64,000 bases of DNA. Origin: a virus. A program made the translations under genes and the position numbers. Each line of letters starts with the position of its first letter. Position 1 is the stretch's first letter. The stretch covers positions 1-64,000 of IMG/VR virus record IMGVR_UViG_3300031999_000009, one strand, 5' to 3'. Under the pieces are notes generated by a model. It was not told the DNA's origin and ran no database searches. It worked only from the letters and a program-made list of their open reading frames with translations. Of this stretch, positions 36,493 through 47,172 are shown in pieces.

Positions 36493-39400
36493 TGGCCCGC
36501 ATTGCGGTCTGCGGATTCGAAATTCCATCGGCCGGCGCCGAGGCTTTGCAGGCTGGCGCGCAGGGCGCCGGAGACAATGGTCGGTGTGGCGGTGTCGCGT
36601 TCACGATGGACAACATCCGGGTTGGCAGCAGCCGAAACTACCGGGTGGACTTCAACAACATCGGGACTATCTACGTTCGTTTCTATATTCGATTCCGAGA
36701 ATACCCGGTCGCAGGGACTGGCGCTCCAGTCGCGACGACTGGCACTGTCATCTTCGTGGCGGACGGATCGATCGAGGGAGGGGCCGGCGAGTTCTACATG
36801 ACCGCTGAGTATGGTGGATCGCTGAAATGTTGGTCGGATGGGAACGCGGCAGCTCCGACACAAATGGGCGCCTCCACCCAGACGATGGCGCTCAACAAGT
36901 GGTATCGGGTCAATCTGACGCTCGCGTGGGGGAACGGCTCGGTTAATTCGGGCTCTGCCATTGTGGCCATCACAGACCCAGACGACCTGGACCACCCCAC
37001 GTCGACGCTGCACAGAAACGGCGCCAACGTGAACGGTATCAATTCGAATGGCACCATCACCGGGATCTACATGGGGTCGCAAAGCTCGACGCTTCCCGTC
37101 AACGGGGGCAAGATCGACTTTGACGACCTTGTTGTGGATAACGCCAGCGCACCGGGCCCAGGGTTCATCACGCTGTGTCGAATTGTTGGCCAGGGTTCTT
37201 ACAATGGATGGGGAGCCCCAGACTATCGAGGGATGAGAAAGTTCCCCATCGACACCATCGCTCCATTCGGCTGTTCGACAACCACTGCTGGCGACCGCGT
37301 TTCGTTCCAAGTGGAGTCGCCAGGCGCGGCGCTCGGCGTGACTGGCACGATCAATGTGCTTCGCATGATTGCCCACGGCTCGCTCTCTAAATCCAACTGG
37401 CGGCTGATACTCCGCGCTAACGGCGTGGAGTCTTCGTCTCCGCTTCAGGCTGCGTCGCCTACGGGCAATTGGAAGAGCATCCTGACAGGCCAATTCCAAG
37501 GTGGTTGGTGGTTCGACGGGCCCATCGCCCCCGGTGGCACTTACGAAGTAGGCATAGATGGTGGCGATACTCCCGCTGGGTCGGATTCTTGCCAATTCCT
37601 CGGCCTCATCGTCGAGCATTCCTCGCCGGATTGGACACCGCCGATTGAGACTGGCGACATCCAGATCAAACGCGGAAGTTTCGTTGGCACTGGCGCGAAC
37701 TTCATCGACGTGGCCATCGGGTTCGCCACGCCTGCTCGACCCACGGCGATCTTCGCTCGAATTTCATCTGGCGACACAGGGGCATTCTGGTGTCAGGCGA
37801 ATGGTCGCCGCGGCGAATACTCCACGCGCTTTAATGATGGCAACACGCTGGCCGGCATTGCACACGTCGATACAGACGTGTTCACACTGGCGAAGCTGAA
37901 CGGCCTGAACAATCTTGGCGCCACGATTTACTGGCTGGCAATTTCCGACCCGGAGAAGCGGATGGTCGAGTCCGTCACGCGTGACTCGACTGGCGATGAC
38001 ACTGACAACGACGTCGTCAAGCTGACTCAACCAGGCTTCGTGATTGAGGCCATGATCGCGACGGGTCAGTCCGACGTGGTGACGACCACGTTTTCGCATT
38101 ACAAAGGGTTGCAGCATGGTGATCTCAGTAGCCATTTGAACCAGAACCTGGCCCCGCAGGCCGATGCGATTCAGAGAATGGGCACTGGAGAGTTCGAGCT
38201 CGGCCTCCTGTCAGGCTTTGGGAGCTTCAACGTCACGCGCGTCCCAGCGATGTGCTTTCGCCGCGCTGGTGTGTTCTACGTGAACACCCTCTGCGAGATC
38301 GGTAGCTACGTCGGCGACAACACCATTGGACGGGTCATCCCGTTCACGTGGAACGCGACCGCTCTTGGCATGCTGTTGGTGGTCCCGTCCGTGGTGACGA
38401 CGAAGCGCGCGCTGCGATGGGGGATGGCCGCCACCAACAACGAATGGAACGCCACGGGCGCCTTCGCCACGGGCATCACGGCGGCTGACCATACAGGATT
38501 CACGGTCAGCACCGTCACGAATAATTTCAATGCGACCGGCGTGACGTATCACTACTTGGCCTTTGCCGACGGTGTCGACGCGGCGCCGTTCGTGCCGTTC
38601 CTGCCCGCCGGCGTCTGGCACGAGTATTTGGTTGCCGGCCACGCGGTGAAGTCCATCGACTCGTGGTATGTGGGCGGCGTGCGCCAGGAGATCGCGAGCG
38701 CGGAAGGCGACCCCGATCTCGATGCCTATTTCCTCATCCCTGGATATTCAGCCTGGTCTGCAGTCTTCGGTGCTGGCGCCGCGCCTCGACAGGTCGTTCG
38801 AAACGGGCATACCTACACGCTGATCTACGTGAAAGAGGGCGGCGTCAGCCCGCTCGACATCGAAGCGATCCGTGGAGGCACGACGCCGATCACGCTCAAC
38901 GTGCAGGGGGTCGAGACGGTTGGCGACACCACGGGCACGGTGATTCAGGACTCGCTCGATATCTACAAGCACCTGATGCAGAACTGGATCTTTGGCGACT
39001 ACCAAACGGGCGCATGGTTGGCGACGCCGACGTTCCCAGATAGCGACGGGTTGCCCATGATGTTCGAGCCGAGCTTCGACGCCGCCAAGACGCTCGCGTC
39101 AAGCCGCGTGGGCGGAGGCTATGTGGGCGCGGGAGGGTTCGGGCTCGAGGGCGCCTTCATCAACATCCGAGAAGCCATCCGTGTGCTGAATCTGTCGTGC
39201 GACGTTGACGCTGGCCTGAACCGCCGCTGCCAGTTCTTCGTGGCTATGACCGACGATTCTGCGACGGCGTTGAACTATTCCCAGGAATTGGTTGACGCGA
39301 ATGATGTCGTGCGTGGGTCGCTGGACGTCTTAGACGACTTCTCCAACCACTTCAACATCATCCCGTTCGTCTACGCCCGCGACTACGTGGGCGGGTCCAA

Positions 39401-39890
39401 CACGCCCTGGCGCGGCACCGACGAAGTGCGCTCGGCTGAGTCGATTGTCACCTACGAAATGTCACTCGTGATGACGTCGCAGGAATTGGCCTTCGTGCGC
39501 GACCAGGCGACTGCCATCGACATTGCCAGGCGGAAGTTGATCCGACACAAAGACCCGCCTCGGACGGCACGATTCCGCATGCACGTGGGCGGCAACAACG
39601 TCGATCTCGGAGACGTCAGACTCCTGACGCACTACGGCGGGATCGGCGGGTCTGGCTGGTCGCAGCAGCCCCTGCGCGTGCAGCGTCACACGGTGGCGCC
39701 TGACAATACCGTTGAGTTCGAGTGCCTTGACTTGAGCCGCCTGTTCGAAGCCGTCTTCATTCTCGGCGACGAGCTGGTGTTGCCATCGTCCTGGCCGGCG
39801 GCCTCGACCGCGCAGCGACTCTATGGCTACTTGGCCGACGAGCTCACGGCCGAATTCTCCACCGGCGATCCCGGAAAGCGGGTGCGGTAG
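36492..39890 (+). CDS. Receptor-binding/hub C-half protein 2 (1132 aa)
   Basis: MARI start; shared C-domain from WHEYLVAGHAVKSIDSWYVGG. Confidence 0.8.
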   Translation: MARIAVCGFEIPSAGAEALQAGAQGAGDNGRCGGVAFTMDNIRVGSSRNYRVDFNNIGTIYVRFYIRFREYPVAGTGAPVATTGTVIFVADGSIEGGAGEFYMTAEYGGSLKCWSDGNAAAPTQMGASTQTMALNKWYRVNLTLAWGNGSVNSGSAIVAITDPDDLDHPTSTLHRNGANVNGINSNGTITGIYMGSQSSTLPVNGGKIDFDDLVVDNASAPGPGFITLCRIVGQGSYNGWGAPDYRGMRKFPIDTIAPFGCSTTTAGDRVSFQVESPGAALGVTGTINVLRMIAHGSLSKSNWRLILRANGVESSSPLQAASPTGNWKSILTGQFQGGWWFDGPIAPGGTYEVGIDGGDTPAGSDSCQFLGLIVEHSSPDWTPPIETGDIQIKRGSFVGTGANFIDVAIGFATPARPTAIFARISSGDTGAFWCQANGRRGEYSTRFNDGNTLAGIAHVDTDVFTLAKLNGLNNLGATIYWLAISDPEKRMVESVTRDSTGDDTDNDVVKLTQPGFVIEAMIATGQSDVVTTTFSHYKGLQHGDLSSHLNQNLAPQADAIQRMGTGEFELGLLSGFGSFNVTRVPAMCFRRAGVFYVNTLCEIGSYVGDNTIGRVIPFTWNATALGMLLVVPSVVTTKRALRWGMAATNNEWNATGAFATGITAADHTGFTVSTVTNNFNATGVTYHYLAFADGVDAAPFVPFLPAGVWHEYLVAGHAVKSIDSWYVGGVRQEIASAEGDPDLDAYFLIPGYSAWSAVFGAGAAPRQVVRNGHTYTLIYVKEGGVSPLDIEAIRGGTTPITLNVQGVETVGDTTGTVIQDSLDIYKHLMQNWIFGDYQTGAWLATPTFPDSDGLPMMFEPSFDAAKTLASSRVGGGYVGAGGFGLEGAFINIREAIRVLNLSCDVDAGLNRRCQFFVAMTDDSATALNYSQELVDANDVVRGSLDVLDDFSNHFNIIPFVYARDYVGGSNTPWRGTDEVRSAESIVTYEMSLVMTSQELAFVRDQATAIDIARRKLIRHKDPPRTARFRMHVGGNNVDLGDVRLLTHYGGIGGSGWSQQPLRVQRHTVAPDNTVEFECLDLSRLFEAVFILGDELVLPSSWPAASTAQRLYGYLADELTAEFSTGDPGKRVR

Positions 39891-42800
39891 ATGGCTCGCA
39901 TCCTCACGTCTGGCTTTGAGCTGTCAGGCACGGGAGGGTCTGGCGAGGGCTGGGGCTTCGCCCGCGCGAGCGACAACGTCACGTCTGGGCGGCTCGGTGG
40001 TCGCTGTGCTGCGCTGTCCGGTTACAGTTCCGGTGTTGCTGGCGTGGTGGGGTCGAGTAACTCGTTCAACACCCAGGCGCAGGAGTTCTGGATTCGGTTC
40101 TACCTCTACGTCGACACGCTTCCAGGGCCAGGCGGCTTGCGCATCCTCGGCGGCTTCGGCTCTGGCGATCCCGGATCTGAGCATGCTTGGTATTTGGTGC
40201 TGACTTCCGCCGGAAGGCTGGATGGCTACAACGACGGCGCTGACGTGCGCACCAAGATCGGAACAGGCTCGTCCGTGCTCAGCGTTGGCCGGTGGTATCG
40301 GATCAACGTCCACGTCCGATTCAGGGATCGGGTCGGGAACAACTCCAACAATCTGTCAGTGACGATTGACGGCGGGCTCGACTGGAGTGTTTCTACTACT
40401 GGCGCCCTGAGTGGCGGGTTGAACTTCTGGACGGTGAACCAGGACACTTCAACCGCTTCCACGTTCGGCACCGGGCTGTCGATCAACCCATTCAACGCCA
40501 CGGACGCAGAACGCGACGGCGGCTTCGTGCTGATCGACGATCTCGTTGCTGACAACGCTTTCATTCCGGGCGCTGGTGGCGTCACGCTCTTGCATGTGAC
40601 GGGGCAGGGCACCGACAACGCCTGGACGACATCTGGAGACTGGCGAAACGTGGTGGCGGCTCCTCCACGCAAGGGCCAGAACCTGTCGAATAGCACAGCG
40701 TCTGCGTTGGCGACGACTTTCACCATCGAAAGTATGGCCAGCAAAGGCTTGGCTGGCGTCACGATCAAGTCCGCTCGCCTACTTCTGGCTGGGCGACCTA
40801 TCCGGGCTAACTGGAGCTATCGACTTCGAAGGAACGGCGCGGTAATTGACAGTCCGCTGACTGGCGCCGGCATTGAAGGTTGGTTCACGAAGTCGCCCGG
40901 TGATATTGGGAGTGGCACGAGCGGTTGGTTTCTCGACGTCGGCACGGTCCCGCTGTCCACGACAGACGTGCTTGAGATTGGCGTCGTTGACGGACCCGCC
41001 GGCGCTGGCACCTCGTTTCTTTACGGCGCCTACCTGGTGGTCGATTGGGAGGGCGCCGACCCGGCAACGTCCGTGCTGAACGGCACAATCAAAACCGTGT
41101 CCGGAACCTACGTGGGCAACGGCACGTCGCAGCTCGTTGCGTTCGCCGATCCTACGTTCAAGCCCACGCTGTTGTTCATTGCCGGCGACAATAACGGGGC
41201 CGGCGACCGGGTCATCTGGTGCGATGGCTGGGGCGCGGAGGGCGACGGCGCCGTGCGCTGGTCCACTTCAGATTCCTCGGTTGCCGATCTTGTGCGCGCG
41301 ACGACCGGCAGCTTCAGTGTCAAGGGTGCATCGAACTCACTCAACCAGTCCGCCGAGACGTATCGGTATTTCGCTGTTCGCGATGAAGCCGGACGGTTCA
41401 CGCGGAGCGGCATGCGCGCGGTGAACGTCTTCGGTGGCACTGGCGACAATTGGAACGTGCCGCTTAATGTCGGGCTTGTGGCCCCGTCGTTCCGTGTGGA
41501 TGCCCTGCTGGCTTATGGACAGTTTTTCGGAGTGTCCAACCAGGTGCTCTACCGAGACACATTCTACACAGGCGATTCGTCGTCGGTGATGGCGACAAAC
41601 ACCTCGCCTGTAGCTGACGGAATCCAATCGCTCGGCATCAACACGTTCCAGATGGGCAAGCTCCACACGGTCGGTGGCAGCACAGACACCACGGCCTGGC
41701 TCGCCATGAGCAACCAGGCGAGCTTGTTCACGCTGCGTCGCTTGTTGACGGTCGGAACCTACACAGGAGACGGCTCCGGCGCTCGCGTGATTCCAGTCGC
41801 CGGCTTGGATGTAAATCCGTCCTTCCTGTTCGTGGTCCCAGAAAGCGCCGGGCTGCGCTACTACCGTTTCTTCGCCGATGGCGCTGGCGCGAACTCTCGT
41901 GACTGGATCGCCGGCAACGCCGTCGCCACCGCCATCACCGCGTTCGATACGGTGGCGCAGTTCAGCGTGTCGTCGACGCTGAACGTCGCAGGCACGGTGT
42001 ATCACTACGTGATGTTCGGCGAGGGCGATGACCCCAGCGGCGTCCCGCCAGAGGGGTTGTGGCACGAATTCCTCGTGTGTGGTCACGCGGTGAAGGCGGT
42101 CGAGTCCTGGTATATCGGCGGTGTGCGCCAAGAGGTCGCGAGCGCGGAAGGCAGCCCCACGGACGCCTATTTCCTTGTGCCGGGCTATTCCGCGTGGAAC
42201 GTGGCATTCCCCGGTGTGACCACCGTGACGCGAAACGGTCGGCGTTACACCGTGATCTACCTGAAGGAAGGCGGCACGAGCCCACTCGACGTGGAGGCGA
42301 TCCGCGCGGGCGATACTCCGCTCACAGTGAACGTCCAAGGCATTGAGGACGTGGGCGACGGTAGCGGCGCGCTCGTGACCAACGCCATGGCGGCCTACCG
42401 GCACGCGATGCAGAACTGGGTCTTGGGAAACTACCAGGCTGGAAGCTGGCTCGCTTCGCCGACGTTTCCAGACTCAGAGCTCGTCTCCATGATCGACGAG
42501 GTGAGCTTCACGGTCGCTGACGAAGCCGCACAACTGCGCCTTCCTGGTGGCTACGTGGTCGCCGGCGCGGTGGGGTTCGACGGCAACTTCGTCAGCGTTC
42601 GTGACTTCGTGCGGCAATTGAACGCGTCGTTCGATGTCGACTCTGGCCTGAACAGACGTTGCCAGTTCTTCGTGTCGATGATCGACGATTCCGTCAGCGG
42701 ACTGACGCCACAGCTTGAATTGAGCGACGTGGCTGATGTGCTGAGGGGGTCGTTCGAGGTTGACGACGACTTCGCTGCGCAGTTCAACATCATCCCGTAT

Positions 42801-43325
42801 CGCCTGCGCCGCGAATACGTCTCAGGCGCGGACCCGGAGTGGCGTCTCTCCGCCGAGGCTCGGTCAGGGGAGTCGATCGCGAACTACGAGGGTGAGTTTT
42901 CGTTCCCCGTCATCGACATGCACATGACCCGCGATCCGGCCACGGCGGCCGACATCGCGACTCGGAAGCTTCTGCGTCACAAGGATCCGCCCCGACGCGT
43001 GAAGTTCCGACTGTCTGCCCCCGGCCTCAACCTCGAGATCGGAGACGTGCGCGCCTTGACACATTTCGGCGGGGTTGGCCCGGCAGGCTGGAGCCGTGTG
43101 CCGGTGAGAATTCACCAGCTGGCTGCCAATCTGGCCGATAATACCGTCTCTATCGAAGGCTACGATATGTCACGCCTCTTCTCGACGGTCTTCATCCTGG
43201 GCGACGAAGGCACGTTGAACCCTGCGTGGACCACGGCGACACTGCCTGAACGCGTGTATGGTTACTTGGCGGACGAGGTGACGGGTGATTTCAGCAACGG
43301 CGATCCGGGGAAGCGAGTGCGCTGA
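39891..43325 (+). CDS. Receptor-binding/hub C-half protein 3 (1144 aa)
   Basis: MARI start; shared C-domain from WHEFLVCGHAVKAVESWYIGG. Confidence 0.8.
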   Translation: MARILTSGFELSGTGGSGEGWGFARASDNVTSGRLGGRCAALSGYSSGVAGVVGSSNSFNTQAQEFWIRFYLYVDTLPGPGGLRILGGFGSGDPGSEHAWYLVLTSAGRLDGYNDGADVRTKIGTGSSVLSVGRWYRINVHVRFRDRVGNNSNNLSVTIDGGLDWSVSTTGALSGGLNFWTVNQDTSTASTFGTGLSINPFNATDAERDGGFVLIDDLVADNAFIPGAGGVTLLHVTGQGTDNAWTTSGDWRNVVAAPPRKGQNLSNSTASALATTFTIESMASKGLAGVTIKSARLLLAGRPIRANWSYRLRRNGAVIDSPLTGAGIEGWFTKSPGDIGSGTSGWFLDVGTVPLSTTDVLEIGVVDGPAGAGTSFLYGAYLVVDWEGADPATSVLNGTIKTVSGTYVGNGTSQLVAFADPTFKPTLLFIAGDNNGAGDRVIWCDGWGAEGDGAVRWSTSDSSVADLVRATTGSFSVKGASNSLNQSAETYRYFAVRDEAGRFTRSGMRAVNVFGGTGDNWNVPLNVGLVAPSFRVDALLAYGQFFGVSNQVLYRDTFYTGDSSSVMATNTSPVADGIQSLGINTFQMGKLHTVGGSTDTTAWLAMSNQASLFTLRRLLTVGTYTGDGSGARVIPVAGLDVNPSFLFVVPESAGLRYYRFFADGAGANSRDWIAGNAVATAITAFDTVAQFSVSSTLNVAGTVYHYVMFGEGDDPSGVPPEGLWHEFLVCGHAVKAVESWYIGGVRQEVASAEGSPTDAYFLVPGYSAWNVAFPGVTTVTRNGRRYTVIYLKEGGTSPLDVEAIRAGDTPLTVNVQGIEDVGDGSGALVTNAMAAYRHAMQNWVLGNYQAGSWLASPTFPDSELVSMIDEVSFTVADEAAQLRLPGGYVVAGAVGFDGNFVSVRDFVRQLNASFDVDSGLNRRCQFFVSMIDDSVSGLTPQLELSDVADVLRGSFEVDDDFAAQFNIIPYRLRREYVSGADPEWRLSAEARSGESIANYEGEFSFPVIDMHMTRDPATAADIATRKLLRHKDPPRRVKFRLSAPGLNLEIGDVRALTHFGGVGPAGWSRVPVRIHQLAANLADNTVSIEGYDMSRLFSTVFILGDEGTLNPAWTTATLPERVYGYLADEVTGDFSNGDPGKRVR

Positions 43326-43702
43326 TGGTTGTGTATGAGATCGCCGACGGAGCGGACGATGCCAGACGCGCCGTCCTTGAATCCCTGACGCCGATGCACC
43401 TCATTCACGGCTACCGCACGGTCGAGGAGCTCAGCGCGTTTCTGGACGCTGGCTTGGGCGACATGCGCCGCGCACAATTGAACGCCCAAATCCCAGCCGA
43501 CATGCCGATCGCCTTGACTCGGGTCTGGCTGTTCTACGTGGACCGCGCGGCGGTGGACGTGTGCGCACTGCGGATGGCGCCTGGCGCCCGCTGCGAAGCG
43601 TGGGCCCAGCCGACTGGATGGACCGAATTCTACAAGCGCATCGACGAGCTTCGCGCGATGGCGCGCCGTTACGATCCGGCATTCACGCCGGTTCACGCAT
43701 GA
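43325..43702 (+). CDS. Hypothetical protein
   Basis: TGATG-coupled ORF. Confidence 0.6.
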   Translation: MVVYEIADGADDARRAVLESLTPMHLIHGYRTVEELSAFLDAGLGDMRRAQLNAQIPADMPIALTRVWLFYVDRAAVDVCALRMAPGARCEAWAQPTGWTEFYKRIDELRAMARRYDPAFTPVHA

Positions 43703-43709
43703 GGGCACC

Positions 43710-44237
43710 ATGCCGCTGACCTGGAGTGTGATTTCCGCGTTCGTGCTGGACCAAGTGTTCGGCTACCAATCGGCCAACAAGTTCCGCGAGAACCTGATCA
43801 TCTTGGCTGCGCGCCGTCCTGGTCGACACCTGGGTGGGTCGCGGTTCTATCCGAACAACCTTGCCATCTCGCTGCGTGGCCAGGTGCGGGCCAAGTCCTG
43901 CACGCTGGGCCCGAGCGACTGCTTCGACTACGTGGACGTCGAGATCGACGGCACGGACCAGGCTGGAATCACTTACCAAGCCGCGGTGCAGGTGCGTGTG
44001 GCAGATCCGCTGCAGAGCATCACGCCGAAGATTCGGAACGTCACGGCGGGGAGCGATGCTGGTGTCGGCGTGGCATGCACCGCCACGGCGCCAGACTATT
44101 CAGGCGCCAACCAGCAGCAAACGATCGCGTTGAACCTCGTCACGGGGTTGAACAAGTATCGGTTGCAGTTCACCCAAGGCTCGGTCAGCTACGATACGTG
44201 GATGACCGGCGAAATCGAGAGCTTCGCCACCTTATAA
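43710..44237 (+). CDS. Putative tail protein
   Basis: W.........ANKFRENL N-terminus typical of fibre anchors (inference). Confidence 0.6.
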   Translation: MPLTWSVISAFVLDQVFGYQSANKFRENLIILAARRPGRHLGGSRFYPNNLAISLRGQVRAKSCTLGPSDCFDYVDVEIDGTDQAGITYQAAVQVRVADPLQSITPKIRNVTAGSDAGVGVACTATAPDYSGANQQQTIALNLVTGLNKYRLQFTQGSVSYDTWMTGEIESFATL

Positions 44238-44247
44238 GGAGTAGACG

Positions 44248-44820
44248 ATGCCAGCACGCGATTACATGGAAACGCTGATTACCGCCGGGACTGATGGCAC
44301 AGCCCTGACGGCAGCAGCGAGAAACTCTGCGCTCCCAGCCGCGGCGATCGTCACGCTTCCGCCCAACTTCTTCGACTTCATTGGCAAACAGGTGCTGCTC
44401 AAGGCCAGCGGCAAGGTCAGCGTGGTCATCACCACGCCAGGCACGCTGCGGTTCGACGTGAACTTCCTCGATTCGGCCGCGGCGAACGCCATCGTGTCCG
44501 ACACGGGGGCGATTCTGGGCAACATCGTGGCCAAGACGGACACGCCGTTTTATCTCGAATTGCTCTTGACCTGTCGCGCCATCGGCACCTCCGCGAACAT
44601 CATGACCGGTGGCTACCTGTTCACAGCCGCGACGATCCTGACGGCGGCGATTGCGACTGGCCCTGGCCCCGGCGGCTCACTTTACCCGTGGAACGCGGCG
44701 CCCGTGGTCGGCGCGAACTTCAATTCGACGCTGGCGCAGCAAGTCGACCTCCGGTTCACGCAGACCGTGGCGACCGGTTCGCTGACCCTCCAGCAGTATT
44801 CGCTGATCAGGATGAACTGA
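44248..44820 (+). CDS. Putative virion structural protein
   Basis: TAAGGAG RBS; beta-rich 190 aa. Confidence 0.65.
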   Translation: MPARDYMETLITAGTDGTALTAAARNSALPAAAIVTLPPNFFDFIGKQVLLKASGKVSVVITTPGTLRFDVNFLDSAAANAIVSDTGAILGNIVAKTDTPFYLELLLTCRAIGTSANIMTGGYLFTAATILTAAIATGPGPGGSLYPWNAAPVVGANFNSTLAQQVDLRFTQTVATGSLTLQQYSLIRMN

Positions 44821-44924
44821 GGCTTTCGCAGTAGTTTACGGATGTTCTCCTGTTCGCTAGGCTGGCCTGTTAGAATCATCACTCGGAGGCTGAAATGATT
44901 GAGCCACCGTCCACAAAGGAACCG

Positions 44925-45230
44925 ATGTCCATAGAGTTCAATGTGCAGACGTTCCTGTCGGAAATGCGGAAGGAACTGCGCGAGGACCATCGTCTCTTGG
45001 TGGCCCGCGTGGACGATGGCTTCGCTGAAGTCACGGCGACCGCGCGCGCCGTCCGCGACGAGCTGGTCAACCACACATCTGAGGACTACAGGACAGCGCA
45101 GGCGCTTGATATCCGCCTTCAGCCCATCGAATCAGCCCTGAAGAACGTCAAGTGGATGACGCGCACCATCGTCGCCGCCGTTGTTCTTGGCGCGATAGAT
45201 TTGCTGTTCCATTGGAAGGGCACTCCGTGA
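44925..45230 (+). CDS. Holin-like membrane protein
   Basis: Coiled coil plus C-terminal transmembrane segment; coupled to the endolysin. Confidence 0.55.
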   Translation: MSIEFNVQTFLSEMRKELREDHRLLVARVDDGFAEVTATARAVRDELVNHTSEDYRTAQALDIRLQPIESALKNVKWMTRTIVAAVVLGAIDLLFHWKGTP

Positions 45231-45706
45231 CCTTCGATGGAGTGTTCGACAGATTGATCGGACATGAAGGCGGCTACGTCAACAACCCGAACGACCCAGG
45301 CGGGGAGACGAACTGGGGCATCAGCAAGCGAGCCTACCCGAACATCGACGTCAAGGCGCTCACGCGCGACGGCGCGAAAGTCATCTATCGGCGTGACTTC
45401 TGGGATCGCCTCAAGGCCGACGGGTTCCACGATGGCGTGGCCTACCAGCTCTTCGACTTCGCAGTCAATTCGGGTATCGAGACGGCCGTCCGCTACTTGC
45501 AACGCGCCGTTGGCGTGGCTGACGACGGACACTGGGGCCCCGCCAGTGCCGCCGCCGCGACGGCTTTGTCTGAGTCGGACACGATCATGCGGCTCAATGC
45601 CGAGCGTCTCGACTTCATGACCAAGCTCAAGAACTGGCCCGATGCCAGCCGTGGGTGGGTCCGTCGCATCGCTGGAAACTTGCGTTACGGCGCTGAGGAC
45701 TCGTAG
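45227..45706 (+). CDS. Endolysin, glycoside hydrolase family 108
   Basis: HEGGYVNNPNDPGGETNWGIS, FDFAVNSG, LQRAVGV.DDG..G, GWVRR. Confidence 0.93.
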   Translation: MTFDGVFDRLIGHEGGYVNNPNDPGGETNWGISKRAYPNIDVKALTRDGAKVIYRRDFWDRLKADGFHDGVAYQLFDFAVNSGIETAVRYLQRAVGVADDGHWGPASAAAATALSESDTIMRLNAERLDFMTKLKNWPDASRGWVRRIAGNLRYGAEDS

Positions 45707-45716
45707 ACTCAGCCTC

Positions 45717-45968
45717 ATGTCTGAGCAAGACCTCATGGCGTGGTTCGCCGCGCACCCTTTCATCCGGAACGAGCTTCTGTTGATCCTTGGGGCGGTCAGC
45801 GCCATCGCCAAGAAGGACTGGGAGTCGTTCAAGAAACACCAAGCGGGAGAGCCCACGGCGACGTTCAACTGGCGAGTGGCTGGTTGGCAATACCTTCAGG
45901 GCGTGATCATCGGCGGTGTGCCACCGATTGTCGCCGAAATCTGGCACATCCTCGGAGGCGTAGCGTGA
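45717..45968 (+). CDS. Holin-like membrane protein
   Basis: Two hydrophobic segments; follows the endolysin. Confidence 0.55.
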   Translation: MSEQDLMAWFAAHPFIRNELLLILGAVSAIAKKDWESFKKHQAGEPTATFNWRVAGWQYLQGVIIGGVPPIVAEIWHILGGVA

Positions 45969-46420
45969 AGCGATTGATTCCTCTCCTGTTGGTGCTCAGC
46001 CTGGTCAGCGCGACTGCCTGCACGGCTGGGCGCGTCATCTCGGGCTCTGGCATCCCCGCTACGGTGAGCACTGAGGGCAAGCTGGCTATCCAGGCCCGCG
46101 CGGTGATTGCCGCGTCTGAGGGCGTCCTGGCGGCCACAGAAGCCGCCGTGAACGCGAAGCTGCTCACCCCCGCCCAGGGGCTTCCCGTCGCGCAGGCGAC
46201 CCAGCAGGTCGGCAAAATGGGCGACCGGCTGGCCGTTGTGCTTCGCATCTACGAATCGGCGACTGGTGGTGCTCGCGCTCAGGCGGCCACTGAAGCCATC
46301 AAATTGTTGACCGACATGGCGGGGTCGATGACGTCCCTGCCCGATGCCGTCCGCGGCGTGGTCGCAGCGCCGCTCGCGTCCATGCTTGAGCTTGTGGCTG
46401 GCCTGAAGTCGGCCCTGTAG
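45965..46420 (+). CDS. Lipoprotein, spanin candidate
   Basis: MKRLIPLLLVLSLVSATAC lipobox signal. Confidence 0.65.
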   Translation: MKRLIPLLLVLSLVSATACTAGRVISGSGIPATVSTEGKLAIQARAVIAASEGVLAATEAAVNAKLLTPAQGLPVAQATQQVGKMGDRLAVVLRIYESATGGARAQAATEAIKLLTDMAGSMTSLPDAVRGVVAAPLASMLELVAGLKSAL

Positions 46421-46427
46421 GAGACAC

Positions 46428-46685
46428 ATGCCTGACATCGACGCAATTCTCGGCGCAGCGTCCGCAGCTTCGCCCCTCATAGGGATGGTGCCGATCGTCG
46501 GCCAAGCCCTGCCACTGGCGCTTCAGATCATCGGGCTCTACCGCAAGACGCGCGACGGCATCGAGGCGATGAATCCTGGCACGTCCGGCATGATGACGGA
46601 TGCCGAGCTCTTCGACGCACTCCAGAAGGATTCTCAAGCGCTCGAGGCGCACTCAGCCGCGCTGATCGCCAAGTGGTCTGCTTGA
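46428..46685 (+). CDS. Hypothetical protein in the lysis cassette
   Basis: AGGAG RBS; hydrophobic N-half. Confidence 0.65.
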   Translation: MPDIDAILGAASAASPLIGMVPIVGQALPLALQIIGLYRKTRDGIEAMNPGTSGMMTDAELFDALQKDSQALEAHSAALIAKWSA

Positions 46686-46702
46686 TCCTGTAGAATCGCA
46701 GG

Positions 46703-47170
46703 ATGCGAAAAATCCTGCTTCTACTCTTGCTACTGCCAGGGACGGCGGTTGCTCAGACGTCGTCGCCGGCACTTCCGAACAGTGTGGACGTGATGATCAT
46801 TCCCGCCGTCGGCGACCCGGTCACGATACCGCCGATCGCCACCAGGAACACCGTCATCGCGGCGGCCACGAACTGCAACCTGGCCGCCTCGCCGCCAGGT
46901 GGTGCTGGCACACTGGTGAATCCTACAATCGCAGAGTTCGACGATCCCTTCACCACCGGGCGCGTGTGCCGAGTGCCGTTGCCGACTGGACTCCCGGTTG
47001 GCAATGGATATCGCGGCGTGGCGGTCATGATCGCCAACACGTGCGACGTGGGTGGTGTGCCGACGGCGAATTGCCGCAGCCCGAGGTCTGCGGTGGCCAT
47101 TCCCCCTTTCAACGTGCAGCTGATCCTAACGGCCCCTGCGTCCCCGACCAATCTGGGAATCAGACCGTAA
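46703..47170 (+). CDS. Secreted protein
   Basis: MRKILLLLLLLPGTAVAQ signal peptide; four Cys. Confidence 0.7.
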   Translation: MRKILLLLLLLPGTAVAQTSSPALPNSVDVMIIPAVGDPVTIPPIATRNTVIAAATNCNLAASPPGGAGTLVNPTIAEFDDPFTTGRVCRVPLPTGLPVGNGYRGVAVMIANTCDVGGVPTANCRSPRSAVAIPPFNVQLILTAPASPTNLGIRP

Positions 47171-47172
47171 AG

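Noticed and set aside
38341-38356. GTTCACGTGGAAC as a third parS
   Set aside because: One base short of the parS spacing and inside coding sequence.
32074-43325. Diversity-generating retroelement or invertible shufflon acting on the tail proteins
   Set aside because: No reverse transcriptase or invertase in the window, no adenine-specific TR/VR pair seen, and all copies are full genes in the same orientation.
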